DNA from: Anthoceros angustus
Taxonomy: Eukaryota > Plantae > Anthocerotophyta
Reading direction: 5' to 3'
NCBI GenBank assembly: GCA_010909165.1
Contig: MU008164.1
Coordinates: 930,001-994,000, forward strand
Length of the DNA: 64,000 nt
A program made the translations under genes and the position numbers. Every line of letters starts with the position of its first letter. Within the stretch, counting starts at the first letter, position 1. Positions 37,391 to 49,379 of the stretch are shown here, in pieces. A model generated the notes under the pieces. It had not been told where the DNA came from. It did not search any database and saw only the letters and a program-made list of their open reading frames with translations.

Positions 37391-40139
37391 GAGTGGGAAG
37401 ATGCGCTTGCTTGGGCTCGGATGGAGCTGCAACAGAACGGGAAGTTTGAGCCATCGAAGTATGAACTTGCAGCAAAAGAGAGGCTGGCCAAAAACGGAGG
37501 GTTGGGGCCAAACCCTTGGCGAAAGGGAGGGCGTGCTGGATGGGTGCTTCGGTTTGAGAAGAAGCATGGTAGGTACCCAACCGAAGAGGAGGCTGAATTT
37601 GGGAGATTGAAGAGGACGATCTCCATGCAACCTCTGTGGGCGGTTCGCGATAGGGGCGGGTCTGTCCCGGAGTTCATACAGCGGGTAAGACATGGAAGAA
37701 AACGAAAACTCCCCAGAGGTTCAGGCTATAGCTAGGAGAACAAGGGAGATGACAATTTTGTTGAGCAGCGATTGGAGATGGATCCGGATCTGGTGGCATT
37801 TAGGACGAAGGATGCAAGGCAGGCGAGCCTGCTGCGGGAGGTGGTGTGGATGTGGAGGATAAGTAGGAGGGGAGAGGAGTACAATGCATTGGGAGAGATG
37901 AGGCGAGACAAAACTTGAGAGTGAATCGGAGGAGGCGGGCTTGGTGCACTTGCGAAGGTGGGATGGTGCGGAGGGTGGAAGCAGTGTCGGGGTGAGGCTA
38001 TCACGGGCAATGATATCGTGGTGCCGGCGCCACGATCACCAAGGTGATGGAGCGTCCATGCACGGTGATAGTGTGAATGAAGAGTGTGAGCGGATGTGTA
38101 GGGAGGCGGCGGCCATATGGACACAAATTTGAGTGCCGTCACCGTCAAGTTCGGCCATGGCGTAGGCGAGGGACTTGGTATGGTGGCGGCGGCCGGATCA
38201 CGAAAGGAGGGTGTGTCAAGAGGGCAGCTGGTAAAGGCGTGTGTTGGGAGGGTGCCGTCATTGCCTAGTAATGTGACGCAGGCATAGACGGAGTTGGGGT
38301 CGGAGTGGGTAGTGAGGCATGAGGGATGGAATTGGAGGCGGATCACGATTTACATGGCGCAGCAGGGAGGCAATTGTGTCGTCACCAACAAGGAGACGGG
38401 CATGGGTCCACCGTGGGCTGCCGAACAAAGCGGGGTGGGAGTGGGAGGCGGGTGGCGAATCGAGGAGGTGGGAAGATGCCCTTGCACAGGCTCGGATGGA
38501 GCTGCAGCAGGCAGGAAGTTTGAGCCATCAGTATGAACTTGCAGCAAAGAGGTGGCCAAAAGCGGAGGTTGGGGCCAAACCCTTGGCGAAAGGAGGCGTC
38601 TTGGATGGGTGCTTGGTTTGAGAAGAAGCATGGTAGGTATAACCAGAGGAGGCTGGTGGGAGATTGAAGAGGGCGATCTCCATGCAACCTCTGTGGGCGG
38701 TTCGCGATAGTAGTCCTCCGGAGTTCATCTGTTGAGTAAGACATGGAAGAAAGCGAAAACTCCCGGAGGTTCGAGGCTATAGCTAGGAGAACAAGGAGAT
38801 GACAATTTTGTTGAGCAGGGTGGAGATGGATCCGGATCTGGTGGCGAAGGATGCAAGGCAGGCGAGCCTGCTTCCAGGAGGTGGTGGTGTGGATGTGGAG
38901 GGGATAAGTAGGAGGACAGAGGGAGTACAATGCATTGGGAGAGAGGAGGCGAGACAAAACTTGAGAGTGAATCGGAGGGGAGGGGCGGGCTTGGTCTGCC
39001 ACGAAGGTGGGATGGTGCAGAGGGTGGAAACAGGTGTCCGGAGTGAGGCCATCACGGGCAATGATATCGTGGTGCCGACGACGCCACGATCACCCGAAGG
39101 TGATGGAACGTCCATGCCTGGTGATAGTGTGAATGAAGAGAGTGTGAGCAGATGTGTAGGGAGGCGGCGGCCATATGGACACAAATTTGAGTGCCGTCAC
39201 CGTCAAGTTCGGCCATGGCGTAGGCGAGGGACTTGGTATGGTGGCGGCGGGCCGGATCACGAAAGGAGGGTGTGTCAAGAGGCTGGTAAAGGCGGTAAGG
39301 CGTGTGTTGGGAGGTGCCGTCATTGCCTAGTAATGTGACGCAGGCATAGACGGAGTTGGGGTCGGAGTGGGTAGTGAGGCATGAGGGATGGAATTGGAGG
39401 CGGATCACGATTTACATGGCGCAGCAGGGAGGCAATTGTGTCGTCACCAACAAGGAGACGGGCATGGGTCCACCGTGGGCTGCCGAACAAAGCGGGGTGG
39501 GAGTGGGAGGCGGGTGGCGAATCGAGGAGGTGGTGTGGATGTGGAGGATAAGTAGGAGGCAGAGGAGTACAATGCATTGGGAGAGATGAGGCGAGACAAA
39601 ACTTGAGAGTGAATCGAGAGGAGGCGGGCTTGGTGCACTTGCGAAGGTGGGATGGTGCAGGGTGGAAACAGTGTCGGGGTGAGGCCATGTGCAATGATAT
39701 CGTGGTGCCGGCGCCACGATCACCAAGGTGATGGAGCGATCCATGCACGGTGATAGTGTGAATGAAGAGAGTGTGAGCGGATGTGTAGGGAGGCGGCGGC
39801 CATATAGCAGACTGTTTGGGGTGCGATCACCGTCAAGTTCGGCCATGGCTGTAGGCGAGGAGGACTTGGTATCAGTGGCCGGGCCGGATCACGAAAGGAG
39901 GGTGTGTCAAGAGCGGCAGCTGGTAAAGGCGTGTGTTGGGAGGGTGCGTCATTGCCTAGTAATGAGCACGCATTGTGGACGGAGTTGGGGTCGGAGGGGT
40001 GGCGGTAGTGAGGCATGAGGGATGGAATTGGAGGCGGATGCGATTTACATGGCGGGAGGCAATTGTGTCACCAACAAGGACAGACGGGTCCACCGTGGGC
40101 TGCCGGGTGGGAGTGGGAGGCGGGTGGCGAATCGAGGAG
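37391..40139. repeat. Nested tandem duplications (~1080, ~1060 and ~610 nt) sharing one right breakpoint
   Basis: All three units end in gggtgggagtgggaggcgggtggcgaatcgagga. The junctions at about 38468 and 39527 jump back to sequence equivalent to 37391 and about 37838. Confidence 0.85.
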
Positions 40140-40332
40140 AGGAGGCGGGTGGCGAAGCCATGGTGCGTGGTGGGGGCCAAAAGGCGGCGTGGCAGCCATG
40201 AGGGGTGTCGAGGGAGGAGAAGAGGCAAAGCAAGAAAGGGATACATGTGATGGCGGCGTAGAAGACAACGATGGCGCGGAGAGGATGAGTGAGACGAAAT
40301 TGAGGCGTGCCAAGCATGCAGGACACATACAT

Positions 40333-40519
40333 AGTTAGAAATCTGAGACGCGTTGGTTATGGTTGCCTTAGCTTAAACCAGTGGTCATACCCTTTGGTAT
40401 CTAGTAGAAGAGGTACAACTCTTGATACAGAGCTATAAAAGCCCACCTCTTGTAATCAATTGTATCAATTAGTAAAAGCACTATCTTTGATCAAGCGCTT
40501 CCATAAAGCACCTCAAACT
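40333..40519 (+). repeat. 5' LTR (187 nt), termini AGTT...AACT
   Basis: Starts right after TACAT and ends right before the PBS; aligns with 47564-47746. Confidence 0.9.
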
Positions 40520-43500
40520 TGGTATCGAGCAAGGTTCTCTAAGCATTTTCTAAAATGCATTATGATGTTGTTCTATCTACATGTTTGTAATACTATAATT
40601 AAATGCGTTATTTAAGTTATAGTTTTATCAAAACTTCAAATTCAACATTTTCTAAAATATGTTTGGCTTCTTTTTACTATCCTCTCCTTTATCTAGTGAT
40701 TTGGATGTCTCTCTTTTCATAAATGCTTCTTAGCACTCTATTATGTTCATTCCCTCTTCAGCAACATTTGTTTGTTCTTTTACCTTCTTTGGTGTGTCTT
40801 CTGCATCCTCACACAATGGCCAGAAGACACTCGAAGAATAACACTACTGCTAGAAGATCTCGGAATTATAACAATAGGTGTGGTCGTCACCACACCTGTC
40901 ATTCTTCAAGGCGTGGTTTTTCATTTAGGAACCTTCAACAATTAGGATTAACAATTGTTGAAGTCCTGACGGTTTATCTATCGGAGAACACCCACCTCTC
41001 ATCAACATCAACCTCGACAATTGGTTGCAATTCGCCTAACAAAGACTCAAGCTTTCGGATATCTCATCTATCTAAAGGACATTGGTCAAACAGTTCAGAC
41101 TCCAGTCTATTGCGTCATTGTGGGGATGTATCTAGCAGCCAGCATCAATCATCATCCTTTCGGCATCATAGGAGTTCACCTCGATATACTCCAGCCACTC
41201 CAACTCACTTCCTCTTCTTCACTATCTAAAAGGTCAGCTAAAGATGATCGAACACCTACTAGCTTAAATAAGAAGAAGTGGTATTTATCATGTGGGCAAT
41301 CCATGGAGAAGGTAGAAGTCCTCACTCAATCGAGCCCTTTGGAAGATCAGTTATCTCAATTCGATCACGGCATACCTTCTCATGTTTTCAAGCAACATGT
41401 ACTCGACAAGTTAAAGATTTCTTTCAATGATTGAAGGAAATCTCTTCTTTGCCTTCCTCGATTCGACCGAAGATGACACCCATCATTGAGATCGAGGCGC
41501 TTCATTTCTAGTCGCCCCTCACAAGCTAATATCTCGTCATCTGCGGTCTGGGGTTCACCAAACTTATTGGCCAAAGATCGACATTCTTTTCATAAATGCT
41601 TCTTAGCACTCTATTTTGTTCATTCCTCTTGACAACATTTGTTTGTACTTTTACCTCCTTTGGTGTGTCATCCTCACACAATGGCGAAGACACTCAAAGA
41701 CTCTTGCTAGAAGATCTCGGTATTATAACAACGGTGTGGTCGTCACCACACCTCTCATTCTTCAAGGTGTGGTTTTACATTTAGGAACCTTCAACAATTA
41801 GGATTAACAATTGAAGTCCTGACGGTTTATCTATCGGAGAACAACCACCTCTCATCAACATCAACCTCGACAATTGGTTGCAATTCGCCTAACAAAGACT
41901 CAAGCTTTCGGATATCTCATCTATCTAAAGGACCTTTGGTCAAGCAGTTCGGACTCATTATTCGTCATTGTGGGGATGTATCTAGCGACCAACATCAATC
42001 ATCATCTTTTCGGCAACATAGGAGCTCACCTCGATATACTCCAGCCACTCCAATTCACACTTCCTCTTCACTATCTAAAAAGCTAAAGATGATCGAACAT
42101 CTACTAGCTTAAATAAGAAGAAGTGGTATTTATCATGGGCAATCCATGGAGAAGGTAGAAGTCCACATCTATTCTCGAGCCCTTTGGAAGATCACCGCTT
42201 ATCTCAATTCGATCAGATACCTTCTCATGTTTTCCCAAAACATGTACTCGACAAGTTAAAGATTTCTTATGTCAGCTTGAAGGCTGAAATCTCTGCAGCT
42301 GCTGCCTTCCTCGCTGGATTTCGGACCGAAAGATGACACCCATCATTGAGATATCAGGAGGCGCTTCATTTCTAGTAGTCGCCCCCTCACAAGCTAATAT
42401 CTCGTCAGATCTGCAGGTCTCTGGGGTTCCACCAAACGGATTATTGGCCAAAGATCTGAACGGTTGTGCCTCTGCTGTTGCGGGCATAATGCCTCATCAA
42501 ATCTGTTGCTGCACTTCAACGGTGCAATCTCACAGCGTCAGATTCCTACATGCGTGATAGCTCCAACGTCAAATGAGATTTCTGCAGATCCTTGACGGGC
42601 ATCCAAGACCAATCGATTTCAGCTCGGCGCCGCTCAGATCTCTCACCAGCTAGATCGCGGTCGGGCGCCCCTTCGCATTTTAGCGCCCAGTTGGTGGAGA
42701 ATCGGCCCGGATCGATGCGGATCGGGGGATGCGGTTATCGTGGCGTTGGCCCCGAGCCGCGGTCGGTGCCCGGCGAACTTAAACCAGTTTCTTTGCGTTT
42801 TGGCCCCGAATGAAACTCGCTTGGAGTTTCTTTCACGGGGTATGAACGGCTCCCGTTCTTTTTGTCCGCCTTTGATATCACAGTTCCGGCACGCCGTGCC
42901 TCTGCGGGCGTGACTTTTGGTATCTCGCCAACTCCTTATAAATGGCGCTCGTTCTTACACCTACTTGACGCCGGCAATCAAACAAGAGCCCTTGTCGCCG
43001 CGCCCGGCGACGCCGCCAATCAACGCTACCTTTATGAGCAGCGGTGCCACGCTCAAGAGCTATTCCATTTCATCTTTGGGATCATCTTCACGACTTTCGA
43101 GTCGGTGCAATCCGCTGCCAAGATTCGCCCTTTCAGCTGTCTATGCCCCTAATGATCGTGGCATAGTTCAGGCTATTTGACTTTACTCTTTGTCTTCATA
43201 ATATTTACGCTCATCAAGTTTTCTCATATAACTATATTAGAAGCCCTTTGAGTCATAACTTCGTTGTGTTCCTTCTTTTATATTATTATATTACAGCTTG
43301 ATTATCGAACTATGGCATCGACGTCCTCTTCTTTGGACGCCACCTACACCAATTATTAATTATATGAATGTCTCTTCTGAATTCAAAGAAAAAGACCGTT
43401 TTGACGGCACAAAAGTTGAGATATGGGCCAAGCGTATGCGTTCCATACTCAACACTCGTGACTTGCTTGGCATAGTGGATGGTACCATTCAACGGCCTGC

Positions 43501-46500
43501 TGGTCCCTCTGCTGCTCTCGACTCTTGGGTCAAACAAGACAGCTTGCACTTCACATTCTTATTTGAGCCTTCGAAGTTACCTACATCATCTTGATGGGGC
43601 TACTCTGCTGCGAGGCTTGGCGGCTAGTAGATATTTTTCAATCTACCAATGTTATGACATTAGTAATAGTGCGTAACGAATTTTATTCCTTACGCATGCA
43701 TAATAATGAGAGCATTGGTACTTATGTTGGGAAGTTTCGATATCTTGGGCCCACTTGTCGCTTTAGGCACTCCTTATCGAATTTGAAGCTTGTGTCCAAC
43801 TCGGCCTCCCTTCCCGACTTTCAAGCATTTGTGTCCTCTCGAATGGCACATTCGAGGCTCATCAGCGGTAAAGGCTCGCACACCCAACATTTCCATCTCC
43901 GAAATTGCGGCTCTCCTTCAAGAGGAGGCTTCCAGTTCAACGCCGCAGCATGGTGGTGAACGAGTTATGTTCGTTAGCAAAGGCAACGCGTCACCCCCGG
44001 CGGCGTCGTCCTCCTCCACACGAGGCCCTTCACTGCGCCTTCTCCGGCTCCTTCTCGGTCCTTCCTTCTCCAAGCACGGTGGTTCCACCGCAAGCCGTAC
44101 TTGCAACGGTGATTCGAGCCCGGAGCTGGCCGCGAAGAAAGCCGGTGAGCCTCGACGCCTTCCAAGTCTGCCAATATGGCCTCGACCTCCAAGCAGAAGA
44201 AGTCCGATATTGCCCTCACGGTCTGCTTGGTAGCTTTCAAATACAAGACCTCTTGGCTATTGGACTCAGCTGCCTTCGCACATATATGCTGCCATCACCA
44301 TATGTTTTCTGATTATCTCCCTGCCGAAGATCAACGTTTTGTTCTTCTCGGCGACGACTCCGGCCTTACTATTGCGGGCACTGGCACTGTTACTTTTACT
44401 CTTGAAGATGGTTCTATCCTTCTTTTAAGTGATGTGCTACATGTTCCGCAAATGGCGAAGAATCTTATCTCCGTCCGCACTTGGTGAAGGACGGTACTTT
44501 CGAGCTAGAGTTTGGCGGGCGTGCCTCCTCACAAGATCTGTTGCTCCTGGCGTGGTTGCTAGAGGTCGTCGCGGCATGACCTCTATGTCTTCTCCTACCG
44601 GTGATCGGCTTCCTCGACCACCCGCATGGCCCCTGCGGTCGGAGGAGTTCTCGCAAAGGTGACTCCTATTATGGCATTCTCGGCTTGGACATATTAATCA
44701 TGATAAGCTTTTAGAGATGTCTAGGCGGGGATTTAGGGATAAGCTACCACACTTTTCACAGACTCCTCCGTTATGTGAACCTTGTATATATGCTAAACAA
44801 CGTAGCTTCCCCTATCCTACTCTACACTTGGGCTACTCATGAGTTGGTCCATGTTGATCTTTGTGGTCCACTCCCAGTCCCTTCACTTGGCGCACTGCAC
44901 TTTATGACTATTGTTGATGACTATAGTCGCTATACCTTTGCTATTCCGCTCAAGTTGAAGAGTGATTCCTTCGGCTCCTTTACTCCTTTTGTCACTATGG
45001 TTTGGTGCAAACCGGTTGCAAGCTTGATTGCATTAGATCGACAATGCGGAGAATTAAATAACCGCAATTTAAGGACTTGTCTTGAGAGGATTATCCGTCG
45101 GTTCGGTTCCTATATACTCAATGAGAATGGGGTTCTTGAAAAGGCCAGCGATCTCGCCATGGCCGCGCCATGCTAGCCGCCAGCTCCCAAACCCTTCGGG
45201 CGGCGGTTAATCTGCGTATCTCGCGAGGTTCTTTCCAAGTCGGTTCGGCGGACACCCTTTGAGTCTGGCATGGATATAAGCCTCTTATTACTCATCTTGG
45301 ATTTTGGCCGCCCTATGCTAATATTCCTTCGACCGCGACAAGCTTTACTCGCTCCTAGTATTTGTTGGCTATGGCGAGGACCGTAAGGCTTATAAACTGG
45401 TTGACTTGGATACCCATGCTATTGTATATGCTCGCACTGTCACTTTTGATGAGGCTCGGTTAGCATCTGCCGTTACGAGTCCATGGATTACTGCCTTGAC
45501 GACACCTTTGCTTCTTCCGGTGACCTTATGCCTGAGTTTTTGACTCAGCCCTCTGTTTTCCCGGACTCTGGTCACCTGCTCCATCCCTCTTCACCTCAAG
45601 CGGCACCTATACCTATTCCGAGAGGGGAAGATGAGCAGCCATTGTTGATCCTTATGAAAGCAGAGACTTTGGTGCTCTTAATTCACAAGACCCGAGGCAG
45701 TTCTGCTCCACCTTCTCCGTAACACTTGATCCACAGGCGGTATCCTTCGTCGCCATCAAGAGACACCTCGGAATGAGATCCCTTTGATTTAGAGTTCAAT
45801 CAAGTGGCTACACCACCGGGGTCATTTCAACGCCTTTATGTTGCCCTTGAGGAGATCCTCTCACTCTTCAAGAGGCATATTCGCGACCTGATGCAGCTAA
45901 GTGGAAGTTTGCTATTGATGATGAATATAATTCTCTTATCAAAAACAATACCTGGACTCTAGTAAACTTGCCGAAAGGCAGAACTACTGTCAAATGCAAG
46001 TGGGTTCTCAAAACTAAATTCCGGAGGTTGAACCTCGTATTCGCTATAAGGCGAGACTAGTGGCTAAGGGTTATAGTCAGAAAGAGGAGTGGACTATCGA
46101 GGCGATAAGGTTTATTCACATAGTCAAGGTGTGAGAATGCTCCACGGCTTTATGTGCCGAGCTTAATCTGGAAATTTATCGACTTGATGTTTGTCTTGCT
46201 TTCCTTTATGGTCATGCAAGAAGAGATCTATATGGATCAACGAAGACTATGAGGATGAGCAATACCCAAACAAGGTGTGTAAACTTATTCGTTCTATTAC
46301 GGACTAAAGCAAAGCCACGCGTTTATGGTATGAGAGAATGGACTCTTACCTCAAGAAGATAGGGTTTATCCAAAGTGAAGCGGACACCAATATCTATACT
46401 TGAGGACAGCTCCCTTGTCTTGGTTGCACTATATGTTGATGACTTAGTTATTCACAGCAACAATATTGAACTAGTTAACAAGATTAAAGTGACCTTAGTA

Positions 46501-47563
46501 AAGAATTCGAGATGAAGGATCTCGGCAAAGTTAAATATATTCTTGGTATGCATGTACATAGAGATACCACGGTGCTATCTATCTCCATCAAGGAAGATAT
46601 GTAGGTATGTTAAAACGCTTCAATTTGGAGAATGCGTCGGCGACACTGGCGCCCGTGGGAGTTAAGCTTTCATCGCTACATCACAATCGAGCAGGAAAAG
46701 AAAGAGATGGAAAATATTCCTTATCGTATGGGAGTTGGTACTCTCATGTTCTTGAGTAATCGGACCGGACGATATCTCAAATCATAAATGCTATTGCTCG
46801 TTCTCGAGAATCCGAGGAAAGGATCAGGTTGCTCTCAAGCGCATCATGCGGTACCTCAAGGGTACTCCAAATTATGGCCTCTGCTTCAAGCCTAGCGGAA
46901 AGAAGCATCTGCTACTGACATGCTTTGTCGATGCAGATTGGGCTTCAGACGCTGACACCCGAAAAAGTATCTCAGCATATTGCTTTCTTGCTGGCTCCAC
47001 TGTTGTTAATTGGTCTTGTAGAAAACAAGCTGCAATATCACTTTCATCAACAGAATCGGAGTACAAAGCACTCACTGAAGCCACGAAAGAGGCTGAATGG
47101 GAAAGAAAGCTATGTGAAGATTTGGATATGAAGCAGGAAGGGCCAACAGTGCTTAATTGTGACAATATGTCGCCATTGCTCTTGTCGCTAATCCATCTTT
47201 CATGCATAGAAGCATATTGAGATTCAACACCATTATATTCGTGTTGAGAGAGGAATTGATGCGTATGTACCCACGAGACGACAATCTGAGATATCGACAA
47301 AATCCTTGCGAAGTTCAAACACTTCCAGAGAAGGGCTTGGATTGGTTGGTAGACTTTTGAAGTGGACCAATCACACATTTGGTGAGGCGATCTTATCTCG
47401 AGCGTTCGATTACTTGAAGTTGGCTATTGTAGACCGCTTGCTTCAATCTTACTTGCGGCCGGTGACGATCGGTGAGTTGAGTTTAGTTGAAGACCGTACT
47501 TATACAATACTCCGGTATGATTATTAGTTCTTTGATTTAGATAACCCAACTAGTCGAGAGGAG

Positions 47564-47746
47564 AGTTAGAAATGCATGCGTTGGTTATGGTTACCTTAGC
47601 TAAACCCAGTGGTCATACCCTTTGGTATCTAGTATCAAGAGGTACAACTCTTCGCATAGCTATAAAAGCCCACCTCTTGTAATCAATTGTATCAATTAGT
47701 AAAAGCACTATCTTTGATCAAACGCTTCCGCAAAGCACCTCAAAGT
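47564..47746 (+). repeat. 3' LTR (183 nt), termini AGTT...AAGT
   Basis: Starts right after the PPT and is followed by TACAT. Confidence 0.9.
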
Positions 47747-49379
47747 TACATGGCACACTCCGACGCTGAAAGCATGGACCTCCACAGCGGGAGGTTTCCT
47801 TCTCATGCATACGATGAGGAGTAGGAAATTAGGAATGATGAAAGGCCATGTATGGAGGCAAAACAACCCACGCCGACGCATAGCAAAATCGTAGGCAGAA
47901 GGACAAACTAGTTAATGCAGTGATAAGGGGCGAGCCATGGCGAGCCATGGCGAGCCGATGGGCATGCAGCGGGGCCGCATGCGCCGCTAGAGAAGGTAGG
48001 TTGCGCGACACCGAATAGACAAAAATAGGCCGCTGTCGTGAAATGTGGGATGTATGTATATCTACACGATTTCAGAAATGATAAATACAAAGTATAGTAT
48101 CCTGGACGTGTACAAATTATGTACGTTATCAGTGTGACGTATATGTGTATTTTATACAAAATGAAATATAATCGTATATCACAGGAAATTATCGTATATT
48201 GCATATCGCCATGACCAGTATTCTACGAAGACTGTATGTGTACATGTATTTATTTATATGTATTCATACGAGGTAATAAGGGAAACCAAGTATTCTATAT
48301 GGTAAATGTAGTATAGGAGGAAGGTAGATGGGGAGGAGGTTCGGTTCAAGCCTCCAAAAGTGTTACAAGACTTTTCTTGTAACACTTTATATGTTGCAAT
48401 CGTGTTGCAATCTTGAGAGAGGACAAAAGTGCCTCTCACTTCATCTCAACATAATTGCAACACCCTTGCAACATGGTTGCAACAAACAGTCCGGTTTGGT
48501 TTCCAAGCCACAGTGTATTAAGCGGCCCAAAAAATGTTACATGACCCCAAAATTGCAACATAATTGTTACATCCGGGGGTCCAAATCTTAACATAAAGTG
48601 TAACGTACGCTGCCTTTTCTAGTAGGGCATGTTCGCTACAGGACGACTTGGTGCGTGTGCCCAACCTTCCAAACCAACATCGGTCTCACATTCCAAACGC
48701 ATACCTAAAGGAGGAAATCGGAGGCTCCTTGTTTTTCTTTCGCTTGCTTCTCTCTTCTCCTTCCAAGCTAGACTCCGCAGGCTGTCTAGGGCCATTGACT
48801 AGTCTTCGCTTTCGGATAGCCTTTCTCTTGGGCTGCGATAAGCACCAAAATCACCACAACATTATGTCACAGAAACCAACACCCACAGCACACCGCTTCC
48901 ACCGCTGGTTTATCTCTCACCCCCTGGGCTAATACCTCAAAACTAACCTCAGAATAATCTGTTGTCGGGCTGCCTTCTCGGGCCTGCAACATCAAAAAAC
49001 GGGGGTGATTAGTCCTCCTACAAAACCCTCGGTTGTGCGCGTTTTACGATAGTGGAACCGGAGTCCAATTACAGGCATTTCATTTAGTACAAGTCGGGAT
49101 TACCGAACTTTGTGCAAGAGCCCGTGTTATCCTCCTGTTTTGACTATCCGCCAGAGGTGGTGATGGTGTGCCCTGGGTTGCCCTCCCGCGCTCACCATCG
49201 CAGTTGGAGATGGCTACACCGTGCTCACGTAGCTGCCTGCAATCTGTTGTGCTACTCCTGGATGCTGGCAACTCAGCATCTCGATCTGGGTCACCTGAGA
49301 ACCCACCACCAGCCATTGAGCGCCATGCACACATGAAATCAGAAGAACCCTTGTAAGAACTGAAATGGCTAGAAATGCA

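Larger units (their letters stand above)
40333..47746 (+). mobile_element. Full-length Ty1/copia LTR retrotransposon (gag-PR-IN-RT-RNaseH), frameshifted
   Basis: LTRs at 40333-40519 and 47564-47746, TSD TACAT (40328-40332 and 47747-47751), PBS tggtatcgagc (40520-40530), PPT gagaggag (47556-47563). Domains: RFDGTKVEIWAKRM, WLLDSAA, LWHSRLGH, LVHVDLCGP..IVDDYSR, KCKWVLKTK and FVDADWASD..RKS..SSTESEY. Confidence 0.93.
36520..48627 (+). mobile_element. CACTA/En-Spm remnant (TnpA-like, Ptta/En/Spm family), interrupted by the copia element; right terminus at 48627
   Basis: Fragments GYMARWRDVP..DKGRL..V..AFP and EEEWEDAL...RLAKNGGLGPNPWRKGG...FEKKHGRYPTEEE. Clustered ttgcaaca/tgttgcaa subterminal motifs at 48350-48600. 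The end ttttctagtaggg reverse-complements to ccctactagaaaa, one mismatch from CACTACTAGAAAA. The left terminus was not found. Confidence 0.65.

Noticed and set aside
37732-40338. Many 90-200 aa ORFs on both strands
   Set aside because: They are by-products of a purine-rich, triplicated CACTA-internal segment and no frame is conserved between copies.
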